From: Nitrospiraceae bacterium
GTDB lineage: Bacteria; Nitrospirota; Nitrospiria; Nitrospirales; Nitrospiraceae
Direction: 5' to 3'
Length of the DNA stretch: 63,438 nt
NCBI GenBank assembly: GCA_040510255.1
Contig: JBEVJJ010000033.1
Coordinates: 1 to 63,438 of the forward strand
Part shown: in pieces, positions 1-8,615 of the stretch
Numbering within the stretch: position 1 is the first letter of the stretch
Layout of the letters: the number at the start of each line of letters is the position of its first letter
Position numbers and translations under genes: made by a program
The notes under the pieces: generated by a model
The model's input: the letters and a program-made list of their open reading frames with translations, nothing else
Databases searched by the model: none
Told to the model about the DNA's origin: nothing

Positions 1-1076
1 GAGAAGTCGAACCCGCCCATTCTCATTTCGATCCGATTGCCGATCATATGTCTGGTCTGATTCGAGTGTTTGGCAGTGCCCAGACCCTGTCCGGCATTGT
101 CGAGCGAACTATAGTTATTCTTGTAATAGACATAGAAGGGCTCGATCACCATTCCGGGAACCATCTTCAACTGGTTATAGAAAATAATCATATCGGCATC
201 GCGGTTGGCATCATTACCCACTGCGTTGATCGGACCGCCCGGAGTCCCAACACCACCGGCGATGTTGGGGCCACCGCTGCCGACCGGCGCTGCCTGCGGA
301 ATATCTGATTCAGAGTTTCTGAACCACCCGAGGTAGCTGTCAAAATTCTTCGTTTGATACGCGAACATCACACCGTCGTGTGAATAGCCCGTGTTCGCCC
401 AGTCGAAGTGGCCGAATAGGGAGTGATTACCAAAGATCACATACTGACGACCAACCTTCATGCTGAGGCCCTGAACGCCGGCCAGATTCCTCACCAACAT
501 ATAGGCGGCACGGACACCTAAGCGACATTGACCAGCAGCTGCGTTGCCGCAATTGTGGTTGAGTGGATCTCCACCATTTCCCGCATTGGTGGCCGATCCG
601 TTGCCTCCCCATGTCGCTGCATCGATGATTTCTATATAGAAGTTGACGTCCGGCGAGAGGTCATACCCGATACCGAGACGGACCCACTGTTGCACGAAGA
701 AATCGTTTCCCTTGTTTCCCCCGGTAGGCGCAACTCCTCGAGCGTTCGCCCCACCAAATGAATTACAGACGCCACCCGCTAGAATCTGCCCACCGAAGCA
801 GGTATTGTTCCGCATTTCCGGACGCACGCGCAGATCGGCGCGTAACCAAAGATTCTTGATATCGAAATTGCGACCGATGACTGGATCGTAAAGCTCATAG
901 CCTTCTTTTTGAGGCATGTTGCGCGGGATTGCTGGCAGGTTTGTGATGCGTTCGCCCGGGGGTAGTTGAAACCCCGCGAAGGCAGGCATCGAAACGAACT
1001 GCAGGACTATCGCCGCTGTAGCTGCGGCCATCGTGGCCAAACGGGCCCACCGTTTTCGTCCATTGATGCTTGTCAT
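1..1076 (-). CDS. Exported outer-membrane beta-barrel (porin-like) protein, 3' end beyond the window edge
   Basis: Absent from the ORF track because it is open at the window edge. My translation from ATG 1076 (AGGAGG at 1083-1088) stays open to base 3: MTSINGRKRWARLATMAAATAAIVLQFVSMPAFA/GFQLPPGERI... It has a signal peptide ending AFA, then Gly/Asn/aromatic-rich alternating stretches (FFVQQWVRLGIGYDLSPDVNFYIEIID, GLSMKVGRQYVIFGNHSLFGHFDW) typical of OM barrels. Family not recognised. Confidence 0.6.
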   Translation of the reverse strand, partial: MTSINGRKRWARLATMAAATAAIVLQFVSMPAFAGFQLPPGERITNLPAIPRNMPQKEGYELYDPVIGRNFDIKNLWLRADLRVRPEMRNNTCFGGQILAGGVCNSFGGANARGVAPTGGNKGNDFFVQQWVRLGIGYDLSPDVNFYIEIIDAATWGGNGSATNAGNGGDPLNHNCGNAAAGQCRLGVRAAYMLVRNLAGVQGLSMKVGRQYVIFGNHSLFGHFDWANTGYSHDGVMFAYQTKNFDSYLGWFRNSESDIPQAAPVGSGGPNIAGGVGTPGGPINAVGNDANRDADMIIFYNQLKMVPGMVIEPFYVYYKNNYSSLDNAGQGLGTAKHSNQTRHMIGNRIEMRMGGFDF

Positions 1077-1304
1077 AGCGTTCCTCCTGTGAATTGGATG
1101 GCAGCCTTCCTTGTCCCACCAACTCCGGCTGCTGACTTATATATCCAACCGCTGTTGCACTATGAAGCACGTATGTTGACTCTTATCTCACCGGAGACAT
1201 GGTGCCCACCACCCCGGTTTTCTTGTGTGCGCTCTCCCAACTCAACTTCTGAGTTGTGATGACGTCGGCCACCTCCCTTCAAAAAAATCCATGTTTCTCA
1301 GCCC

Positions 1305-1604
1305 TTACACTTGTCTCGGCAACCCCGATTCCTCCGCCGCCTTTTCCACGCCACTGGTCGCCGTATTGATTTCGTCTTCGGCTTCCTTCATGGAGGCCTG
1401 GAAGTCCTGTTCCACCATTTTCACCTCTTGCTGTATCATGTTTAGCTCGGGCTCGACAGTTTTTTTCAAATCCTCCGCGGTCTCCTTGAATCCCTTGACC
1501 GCCTTCCCCACCTGTCGCCCGATTTCCGGTAACTGTTTTGGTCCGAAGAGCAGAAACGCAATAATGAGAATGATGAGGATTTCGCCGGCGCCGAGACCAA
1601 ACAT
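1305..1604 (-). CDS. tatB: Tat (Sec-independent) translocase subunit, TatB-like
   Basis: 99 aa, MFGLGAGEILIILIIAFLLFGPKQLPEIGRQVGKAVKGFKE... Short N-terminal TM helix with Glu8, FGP hinge, amphipathic helix and acidic helical tail place it in the TatA/B/E family. Glu8 plus the GP hinge favour TatB. Confidence 0.75.
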   Translation of the reverse strand: MFGLGAGEILIILIIAFLLFGPKQLPEIGRQVGKAVKGFKETAEDLKKTVEPELNMIQQEVKMVEQDFQASMKEAEDEINTATSGVEKAAEESGLPRQV

Positions 1605-1651
1605 GGTTCATTCGCTCACAAGCCGAATGTCTTGGGCTCTCCTCTAATCTT

Positions 1652-1936
1652 TCATCCTTGCGTCGCACGATGAGGTGGCACAGCCCCCGCCTGCTGATCT
1701 GCTGGCGGAGCCGTGGGCTGAACCGGTTGCTGGATCTGAGCTGGGGGAACTGTAGGAGACTGCTCCGAGGGTGACGCGGTCACATCGATGGCATCCGCTT
1801 CGTTGACGGACTTCTTGAACCCCTTGATGGCTTTTCCTAAACCTTCTCCGAGTTGGGGAATTTTCCCGGCACCGAAGATGATGAGCACGATGATCAAAAT
1901 GAGAAGCAGTTCCATCCATCCAAATGAGCCAAACAT
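1652..1936 (-). CDS. tatA: Tat (Sec-independent) translocase subunit TatA
   Basis: 94 aa, MFGSFGWMELLLILIIVLIIFGAGKIPQLGEGLGKAIKGFKKS... TM helix, FG hinge and KGFKK amphipathic helix. AAGGAG lies upstream of ATG 1936. Confidence 0.85.
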   Translation of the reverse strand: MFGSFGWMELLLILIIVLIIFGAGKIPQLGEGLGKAIKGFKKSVNEADAIDVTASPSEQSPTVPPAQIQQPVQPTAPPADQQAGAVPPHRATQG

Positions 1937-2182
1937 GGTGTGACAAGCTCCTTATGACCGTTCCGCTTCCAAGGGGTCCGTTGGAAGGGGAGACGTTGAG
2001 ACAGACTGCCCGCCGACCTCGCTCCCTGCGTTTCGCAGCATCGACCTCCACGAAAATTGACCTTCACAGGTGTGGTCCTGAAAATTGGCGCAGAGGCTAT
2101 AGAACTTCCTTCAAATAGTCAAGCATATTCTCTAGGAAACCTCAAGACTTCGATCTCACGATCCGGAAAGAGAGGAGAGGAC

Positions 2183-3658
2183 TTAGGGACGGAAGAAGAA
2201 ATGATAGTACTCAACGGGACCAGCTGGAGCACCGAGCGCCATCATAATTGACTCACGGTCGTAGCCGAGCGACTCAAGGTCTTTTTGGGCTCGCACGACT
2301 TCACCCTCTGTCAAATACGCCACCGTATCGGGCAGCCCATTGCGCTTGAGGGAACGGAGCGTCTGTTGCAGCTCGTGACGTTCATGCGGCGGAGCCTCCT
2401 CTCGCAAGGGAAAATCCAGCTGCCGCTCATACGGGCTGTCATACGTCCCGTTCAGCGCCTGGATTGTACGGATGGTCAAGCGGTCCAGTTCCCACGAATG
2501 GGCCACACTTCCCACCTGAGGATGGCAGGCCAATACATCCATCAATGTCATGACATTCGTCGATAGGCGGCTGCCGACGAACTCTCTCTGCAGTTCAAGG
2601 ACCATGGATGACAGTCCTAAATGTTTCGCCACCGCTTCGGCCAGAACAAAATTGATCATAAAGCTGTATTGGCCTCCGAATTGGCCGTAGCAGGGTTTCT
2701 CCGGATCGTTGAGCACCTTCATGTCGGACGTCCCCGCGTCGAAACTGCTGAACCCGATCGCATTTGGAGCCAAAAGGCGTTTGGCCTCCTTGATTGTCGC
2801 GAATGCACCCAAGTTTACTGGGACAAGCACTTGCTCATCGATCGATCGAAGGAACTCTGAAATGGTCTTCCGGTATGGAACATCTTTCCATTCAACCTTG
2901 TGATACTCCTTCTCCCAGATAAGATCGTCGAAAAAGGGAGGAAATTTTTTCAGTCTCTCGGCGTCTCTGACATCAAACGCCTGCACAAATTCCGACCAAT
3001 TTGGGACTGCGGCTGCCTTATCCTCACTCAGATTGGGCCTCATATGCTCCTCTTCGACGTCACCCCCTTTCTTTACTAGCAGCTTCGTCGGGAGGTCATT
3101 CCACAACTCGGTACAGATAATCCGATCGACGGACCCCTCTTTGACACTCTGTAACTGTTGGGCATCGCCACATAGCGCTTCGATACGATCGCGGTGCGCC
3201 GCAAGATCAGGATGTTGTTTGGCGGATTCAAGGGTACCTGGGTGGCTGTCGACCATGAGGTATCGGACTCGCCGATACACGAGTCCATCGCGATCAACGG
3301 TCTTGAGACGAGTCAGAAAACAGGCGGCAAGGTTTCCGTTTCCAGGCCCCCACTCCATGATAGTGAGTGTGGAGGGGTCTGGGGTACCAGTCGCTGCATT
3401 GGATGTTCCCAACCCAGGACCACGTTTCAGGAGGGGCGCATCTCGCTTTACGACCTTGTCATAGTAATCATCGGCTAATGCGTGAGCGAGTCGATAATCG
3501 GCTGAGGCGAATGTCTGGTAAAACCGGCGGAGCTCATTTCCCCGCAGGCGATAAAACAAATGATTGATGTGCTCTTGCCAGGCATCAACCGGCCGATACT
3601 CTCCGATCGGTTGAGGTAGGGTATCAAGATCTTGTAATTCGCCGCCTGTGCGATCCAT
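2183..3658 (-). CDS. MidA/NDUFAF7-like (DUF185) SAM-dependent methyltransferase
   Basis: Class I MTase motif I TIMEWGPGNGNLA, and later RIICTELWNDLP resembling the family motif ANE-x-x-DALP. The longest ORF starts at TTG 3682; I chose ATG 3658 (MDRTGGEL...). Substrate unknown. Confidence 0.5.
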   Translation of the reverse strand: MDRTGGELQDLDTLPQPIGEYRPVDAWQEHINHLFYRLRGNELRRFYQTFASADYRLAHALADDYYDKVVKRDAPLLKRGPGLGTSNAATGTPDPSTLTIMEWGPGNGNLAACFLTRLKTVDRDGLVYRRVRYLMVDSHPGTLESAKQHPDLAAHRDRIEALCGDAQQLQSVKEGSVDRIICTELWNDLPTKLLVKKGGDVEEEHMRPNLSEDKAAAVPNWSEFVQAFDVRDAERLKKFPPFFDDLIWEKEYHKVEWKDVPYRKTISEFLRSIDEQVLVPVNLGAFATIKEAKRLLAPNAIGFSSFDAGTSDMKVLNDPEKPCYGQFGGQYSFMINFVLAEAVAKHLGLSSMVLELQREFVGSRLSTNVMTLMDVLACHPQVGSVAHSWELDRLTIRTIQALNGTYDSPYERQLDFPLREEAPPHERHELQQTLRSLKRNGLPDTVAYLTEGEVVRAQKDLESLGYDRESIMMALGAPAGPVEYYHFFFRP

Positions 3659-3691
3659 TTTCCGCTTTCCGACGGAATGCAAATTCTAACA

Positions 3692-3714
3692 GGTTGCGAT
3701 TTTACGTCGCAACC
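3692..3714. repeat. Perfect 8-bp inverted repeat GGTTGCGA-ttttacg-TCGCAACC in a divergent intergenic region
   Basis: Read directly: arms 3692-3699 and 3707-3714 with a 7-nt spacer, between the methyltransferase start and the 3753 ORF. Candidate operator or 5'-UTR hairpin. Confidence 0.4.
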
Positions 3715-3752
3715 CTGAAGCCTCCGCCAATGACAGGTGTCTTCGGCTATCC

Positions 3753-4400
3753 TTGACAGTGACGACCAGCCAGGTGTACCACGTCATTATGGAAGACTAT
3801 CGCTTCCGCCTGCCGATCCGGTATGGGTCGTGTGTGCTTACCCTGGTTATGTTGCACTATTTCCACGTCGATCCGTTCTTGGCTGGTGCTGAGGAACTCC
3901 CCTTGACCCGTAATATTCCGATTCCTGATTTTCAAAACCGGACGTCAGATACCAAAACCTATGACTTTGACGCCCCTCCGGAAGGAATGTTCCGCTCCAT
4001 CGTCCTATCCGAAACATTCGAAGAAGAGATGGGCTTTCAGCGGACTCATGAGATTGTTCCTGTCCGACCTACAGACCAATTTCACACCCATTCGGCCCCT
4101 GTGTTCATCGTCTTCAAACTTCACCAACACTATCAGTCGTTCCAGTTGTTCGGCCTATGCTATCCGGAGGAGGTTCCCGGCCTAGATGGGAACGCCGTCG
4201 TGAGCCAGGATGCGATGTACATCGCGCTGGAGGATGATACGGGATATCTCAAATTGCTGCCGCCACAAGGTGGATGGAAGGCCGGACGGTATAAAGTTCG
4301 TATTCACGCGGGCGAGCAGGTCAACGATATGTCGCTGATGGGTACCATGCGCTTTGAAATTACGCAAGCTGACCGGAGTATAGCACACCCCGTCAATTGA
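3753..4400 (+). CDS. Hypothetical protein
   Basis: Longest ORF in the interval (215 aa from TTG 3753; in-frame ATG at 3789). No signal peptide or motif recognised. The C-terminal part looks beta-rich (GRYKVRIHAGEQVNDMSLMGTMRFEI). Start uncertain. Confidence 0.45.
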   Translation: MTVTTSQVYHVIMEDYRFRLPIRYGSCVLTLVMLHYFHVDPFLAGAEELPLTRNIPIPDFQNRTSDTKTYDFDAPPEGMFRSIVLSETFEEEMGFQRTHEIVPVRPTDQFHTHSAPVFIVFKLHQHYQSFQLFGLCYPEEVPGLDGNAVVSQDAMYIALEDDTGYLKLLPPQGGWKAGRYKVRIHAGEQVNDMSLMGTMRFEITQADRSIAHPVN

Positions 4401-4568
4401 TCTTTCAGCCAATGTTGATGCAAGCTGCTCAGCGCACGGCTGCCAACGACCGGAACCCTCAGTAAGTACGGTACGATTCTTTTTGTTCCATTTGTGGCAA
4501 CCTACGGGCGTCGCAACATGAGGTGAAATTCACATCTCACCTCGAGCATACGTGCCGATCCGCGAGGT

Positions 4569-4598
4569 TTGACCCTTGCTTGCGACGTTCTGTAAAAT
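4569..4598 (+). promoter_or_regulatory. Candidate sigma70 promoter for the GT2 operon
   Basis: TTGACC (4569-4574), 18-nt spacer, TAAAAT (4593-4598), about 60 nt upstream of ATG 4657. Confidence 0.4.
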
Positions 4599-4638
4599 GC
4601 CTTGATGCTCGTGTACCTTTGTCGAATAAGACGTCTTC

Positions 4639-4671
4639 CTTCATGACTGAGGCTTCATGACTGAGGCTTCA
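4639..4671 (+). repeat. 14-bp tandem duplication (CTTCATGACTGAGG x2 plus CTTCA) spanning the GT2 start codon
   Basis: Read directly: 4639-4652 is identical to 4653-4666, followed by a 5-nt partial third unit. Confidence 0.9.
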
Positions 4672-5403
4672 CGCCCATGGACGTCGATCGTCATCCCGAT
4701 AAAGGATGAGCAAGAAAACCTAATCCCCCTAACCGAACAACTGATGAAAGTACTGGAAGCCAGGGACGAGTCCCGGTTTGCTTCCTTTGAGATTCTTTAT
4801 ATTGATGATGGCAGCACAGACGGAAGCGCTGCCCTACTCGATTCCCTAGCGCTTCAACATCCTCAGGTTCGCGTGCTCCATTTCGATCGCAACTACGGAC
4901 AATCCTCCGCGTTCGCTGCGGGATTCAAGCATTCGACAGGGGCATTGGTCATCACAATGGACGGTGACCTCCAGAACGATCCAAATGATATCGAAACCTT
5001 GTTACCCTATACAAAACAATTCGATCTGGTGTGTGGATGGCGTACCACTCGCCACGACAGCCTGATTCGCACACTCTCATCTCGCATTGCCAACGGCGTG
5101 CGCAGCGCAGTGACGGGAGACAATGTCCATGATACTGGCTGCTCTTTGAAGATTTTTAGGCGTGCCGTCGTGGAAAAGCTGCAACTGTTCGAAGGGATGC
5201 ATCGTTTCTTCCCGGCGCTTGCGCTCATGCAGGGCTTTACCATTACCGAAGTCCCAGTGCGTCATTACCCTCGCACTCATGGCACTTCGAAGTATGGCGT
5301 TGGTAATCGCCTCTTTAAGGGGTTGTACGACTTGGTGGCCGTTCGCTGGATGCAACACCGCTGCCTTCGTTATCGATTTCGCACGCCAATTACTCCTTCA
5401 TAG
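4657..5403 (+). CDS. Family 2 glycosyltransferase, polyprenyl-phosphate sugar synthase (ArnC/DPM1-like)
   Basis: SIVIPIKDEQENL, YIDDGSTDGS and MDGDLQNDP (DxD region), with a C-terminal membrane-associated region. Typical GT2 of the ArnC/GtrB type. Confidence 0.85.
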   Translation: MTEASRPWTSIVIPIKDEQENLIPLTEQLMKVLEARDESRFASFEILYIDDGSTDGSAALLDSLALQHPQVRVLHFDRNYGQSSAFAAGFKHSTGALVITMDGDLQNDPNDIETLLPYTKQFDLVCGWRTTRHDSLIRTLSSRIANGVRSAVTGDNVHDTGCSLKIFRRAVVEKLQLFEGMHRFFPALALMQGFTITEVPVRHYPRTHGTSKYGVGNRLFKGLYDLVAVRWMQHRCLRYRFRTPITPS

Positions 5404-5426
5404 CACCCGCATTTGTTGGAGCCCCT

Positions 5427-5729
5427 GTGATGTCGATAGAAACAATTTGGCTCGCTATCGGTTTCCTCGGTCAAGGGGTGTTCTTCACGCGTTGGGTTGT
5501 ACAATGGGTGGCGTCTGAGCGCAGCGCGGCCAGTCGCGTTCCTACCGCGTTCTGGTACATGAGTTTGATCGGTGGACTGATCACTCTTGCCTATGCAATC
5601 TATCGAAGAGATCCGGTCTTTATTGCAGGTCAGAGCGTGGGTGCATTCGTCTATATTCGCAACCTAATGCTGATCAAAAGACCCAGTCACGCCGACCCTT
5701 CCACTCCATCCCCGATCACGAAGACCTGA
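5427..5729 (+). CDS. Lipid-A-disaccharide synthase N-terminal domain (LAB_N) membrane protein
   Basis: 100 aa, WLAIGFLGQGVFFTRWVVQWVASERSAASRVPTAFWYMSLIGGLITLAYAIYRRDPVFIAGQ, matching the LAB_N pattern. GTG 5427 or ATG 5430, with GGAG at 5418-5421. Confidence 0.7.
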   Translation: MMSIETIWLAIGFLGQGVFFTRWVVQWVASERSAASRVPTAFWYMSLIGGLITLAYAIYRRDPVFIAGQSVGAFVYIRNLMLIKRPSHADPSTPSPITKT

Positions 5730-7495
5730 TGGGCCCCATGGATTTCTCATCCGATCAGAAGTCCGATTCGTCCGGCGCAGTGCGACAACCACTTCAGTTG
5801 TTTCTCTTGCTCGTGTTGGCTGGCGTCCTGTTCTTCCTCGGCCTGGGAGCGATCGGACTCACGGATCGCGATGAGGGTCGCAATGCCGAGGCCAGCCGGG
5901 AAATGTATGAACGTGGAGAATGGGTGAGCCCGACCTTCAACTATGAGCCACGTTTCGCGAAGCCAGCGTTGGTCTATTGGCTCATGAGCTTGTCGTACCA
6001 CATGTTCGGAGTGAACGAATTCTCGGCTCGGTTTCCGTCCGCCGTTTTCGGCATGGGTCTCATCGTCCTTCAGTATCTGTTTCTCGCTCGCTCCCGGGGA
6101 CCAGTGGTCGCCCTGTTCGGAGCAGCCATGCTGCTATTGAACGTACAAATTCTCGGCCTCGGACGCATGGCCTTAACTGACAGTGCCCTCATTTTTTTCA
6201 TCGCCTTGTCTCTCTATGGCTTCTGGCTTGGCTTTTATGGAGAGGGTCGAGCACGGCATTGGATGTGGATATTCTATGTGGGTATGGCATTGGCTACCCT
6301 CACGAAAGGCCCCGTTGGATTTCTCATTCCGCTCGTCACTGTCAGTCTCTATCTTTTTCTTGTGACCGAGTGGGCCGGATTTTGGAAACGCGGTCTCCCT
6401 ATAGCAGGTCCCCTCATTTTCCTGCTTCTAGCATTGCCTTGGTATGTCGCCATGCTGATGATTCATGGCAAGCAGTATGTCAGTTCAGCTCAAGCGGACA
6501 CGGTCGGGCGATTTTCGGAAGCCATGGAAGGTCACGGCGGGACTCCATTGTTCTACGTTCCCGTTTTCCTGGTGGGATTTTTCCCTTGGAGTGGATGGCT
6601 GCCATTTGCATGGTACCAAGCCTTCGAGAGCTGGCGTGTTGCCTGGAAGCAGGACAAACGTTCGGTGACGTTAAAACTAGACTGGTTTGCCGCGATCTGG
6701 TTTCTTGCGGGACTGGTTTTCTTTAGCCTGTCCTCTACCCGCCTTCCCCACTATATTGCACCCTTGTTCCCTGCAGCTGCGATCCTGACCGCATCGTTCT
6801 GGTATCGATGCGTAAGCGAGGTGACGGTTCCCGGAGAACGTGCCGCAATTCACATCATGACCGCGCTCGGGTATGTCCTGGCACTTGCGTTTGCCTGCCT
6901 TCCGTCTTTATACGCGCAGTTTGTCTTGAAATTGGTGAAGGAGTTTCCTGCCGCGGCTCAGATGGACGTCGGGAATGGTCCGTACATCATCGCTTTCATT
7001 CTTCTCATAGGAATGGCGCTGGTAAGTTATTTCGGATTGAGTGAATCGCGACGGCCCGCCGCATTTTGGGCGGCCGGTGCCTCTTTGGCGATGGTAGTGC
7101 TGGTCATCACGCAATTTATCTTGCCCCTTTTGAATCATTACTATCTTGAACCGCCGCAGCAACTAGCGGAGGTGGCCGGGCTCAACCTAGGACGCGAGGA
7201 TCGACTCATCGTGTATGGCCAACCACGGCCCTCACTCGTCTTTTATGCGCGACGGAAAGCAATCATGGTCCCTATGAACGAAGAAGGGAACATCATACAG
7301 TATCTAAATCATTCGGGTCGAACGATGCTACTGCTGCCGCAAGCCATGAGAGGCAGGTTGCCGGTTGAGACCATGGACTATTCGGTCGTCCTTCAGCGCT
7401 ATGGGTATATTCTTCTCTCGAGTCAGTCTATGGTTCGGACTCCACCACCAACCGAGCCGCCCAATTCTCCACCCATGCGTATTCCTGGTCACTAG
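5729..7495 (+). CDS. GT39/GT83 ArnT-like polyprenyl-phosphate-sugar dependent glycosyltransferase
   Basis: 588 aa with more than 10 predicted TM segments. N-terminal loop LTDRDEGRNAEASREMYERGEWVSPTFNYEPRFAKPALVYW is typical of ArnT/PMT-type enzymes. ATG overlaps the upstream stop by 1 nt. Confidence 0.8.
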   Translation: MGPMDFSSDQKSDSSGAVRQPLQLFLLLVLAGVLFFLGLGAIGLTDRDEGRNAEASREMYERGEWVSPTFNYEPRFAKPALVYWLMSLSYHMFGVNEFSARFPSAVFGMGLIVLQYLFLARSRGPVVALFGAAMLLLNVQILGLGRMALTDSALIFFIALSLYGFWLGFYGEGRARHWMWIFYVGMALATLTKGPVGFLIPLVTVSLYLFLVTEWAGFWKRGLPIAGPLIFLLLALPWYVAMLMIHGKQYVSSAQADTVGRFSEAMEGHGGTPLFYVPVFLVGFFPWSGWLPFAWYQAFESWRVAWKQDKRSVTLKLDWFAAIWFLAGLVFFSLSSTRLPHYIAPLFPAAAILTASFWYRCVSEVTVPGERAAIHIMTALGYVLALAFACLPSLYAQFVLKLVKEFPAAAQMDVGNGPYIIAFILLIGMALVSYFGLSESRRPAAFWAAGASLAMVVLVITQFILPLLNHYYLEPPQQLAEVAGLNLGREDRLIVYGQPRPSLVFYARRKAIMVPMNEEGNIIQYLNHSGRTMLLLPQAMRGRLPVETMDYSVVLQRYGYILLSSQSMVRTPPPTEPPNSPPMRIPGH

Positions 7496-7514
7496 CCGGT
7501 CCAGGAGCGTCCGC

Positions 7515-8615
7515 TCATTGAATCGGGATGATTCCCTTTAACCGCAGAGTCAATATGAGCAGCAGTGCCAACCCGATGGCATAGAGACATTCCTTGGAGA
7601 CCGAGCCTTCCTTAACCGGGTCTTGCCTGTCCGTCTGGACCGTGCAGTTGCCCAGCCATCGAGCCATCACTGTAAGAATGGTTACTCCTATCACCACAAA
7701 GGAACCGGTAGCACACGCAAATCCCAGTCCAATAAGGACGGTAATCTTCTGGTGACTCACATTCCTGATGCCTAGTCGCCATTCATAGAGGCGGGACCAT
7801 CTACTGATGAGGCCAAGAACGATCAAAGCAATTCCCACAATGCTGAGAACCTCATTGCTCCTTTGGTCCTGAACACGATGAAAAATGATCCATATCGTGC
7901 TAGTAACGATGACCACCGCTGGGATCACGTTCGTGATGGCGCATGATAGTGATCTCCTCCAGTCACCCAAGGGATGCGCCAAGACAGTCCCAACGATATA
8001 TCCGGTCGCCATCCCGGCTACCACGTCAGTCACAAAATGGGATCCTCGCCATACACGGCTCATTGCAACCAATGTGGCTAAACCGAACATGGGCCAAGCG
8101 GTCCAAGGAAAATGTTTCGCGAATACGGCCGCAACGGCAAATGATGTCGACGAGTGGCCCGACGGCAGGGAATCCAACCCCAAGTCCCAGGATGGCCACC
8201 AGAGCCATTCATCAGAATGCGTGAATCGGGGTCTAGGACGCCCGATGAGGTGCTTGAGACCAGTCACGAGCAACGCTACGCAAACATGAGCCAGCAGGCT
8301 CTCGGTCCCTGCTCGTAGAAATTTCGGCCACCCCTTCAACCAGCCAATCCCCAGAACAGTCAAACTGACGGCAATGAGCGTGCCTCCATTTCCAATTTGG
8401 TCCCCAAGGTCTCCCAGTTTCTGCACTGACGACGACAAGTTCAGAGAACGTAGAAAGCGGAGGAGAGGAAGGTCGATCTGCAGAAGGGCTATCCCACAGG
8501 CTGCGAGGGTCAGAAGACACAGCCCAACAGACAGAGAGGAAGGGGTTGAAGCAACCGAATGAGAGTGGACGGAGGATGTGGTGTGATTAGTCAGGCGGGC
8601 GCCCGATTCCGTCAT
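7515..8615 (-). CDS. PAP2-family membrane phosphatase with extra C-terminal TM region
   Basis: All three PAP2 motifs are present: KHLIGRPRP, PSGHSS and SRVWRGSHFVTD. ATGA overlap with the upstream PD40 gene. Confidence 0.85.
   Translation of the reverse strand: MTESGARLTNHTTSSVHSHSVASTPSSLSVGLCLLTLAACGIALLQIDLPLLRFLRSLNLSSSVQKLGDLGDQIGNGGTLIAVSLTVLGIGWLKGWPKFLRAGTESLLAHVCVALLVTGLKHLIGRPRPRFTHSDEWLWWPSWDLGLDSLPSGHSSTSFAVAAVFAKHFPWTAWPMFGLATLVAMSRVWRGSHFVTDVVAGMATGYIVGTVLAHPLGDWRRSLSCAITNVIPAVVIVTSTIWIIFHRVQDQRSNEVLSIVGIALIVLGLISRWSRLYEWRLGIRNVSHQKITVLIGLGFACATGSFVVIGVTILTVMARWLGNCTVQTDRQDPVKEGSVSKECLYAIGLALLLILTLRLKGIIPIQ

Noticed and set aside
48-1259. Listed ORFs 48-308, 427-612, 528-761, 643-891, 895-1170 and 966-1259.
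   Set aside because: All are shorter alternative-frame ORFs inside or against the 358-codon open frame of the exported beta-barrel gene, which has an SD and a signal peptide.
4508-4519. Recurring GCGTCGCAACAT / CGTCGCAA motif (3705-3712, 4508-4519, inverted at 4580-4587, 62152-63; similar at 1660-1678), considered as a REP-like element or shared operator.
   Set aside because: Chance expectation is high. An 8-mer is expected about 2 times in 2 x 63 kb, and hundreds of exact 12-mer pairs are expected among all position pairs. One copy lies inside the tatA coding sequence.
4520-4543. Hairpin GAGGTGA-N10-TCACCTC downstream of the 3753-4400 gene, considered as a terminator.
   Set aside because: It has no T-tract, a 10-nt loop, and lies 120 nt from the stop. 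It could be a 5' element of the GT2 leader region, but there is no support either way.
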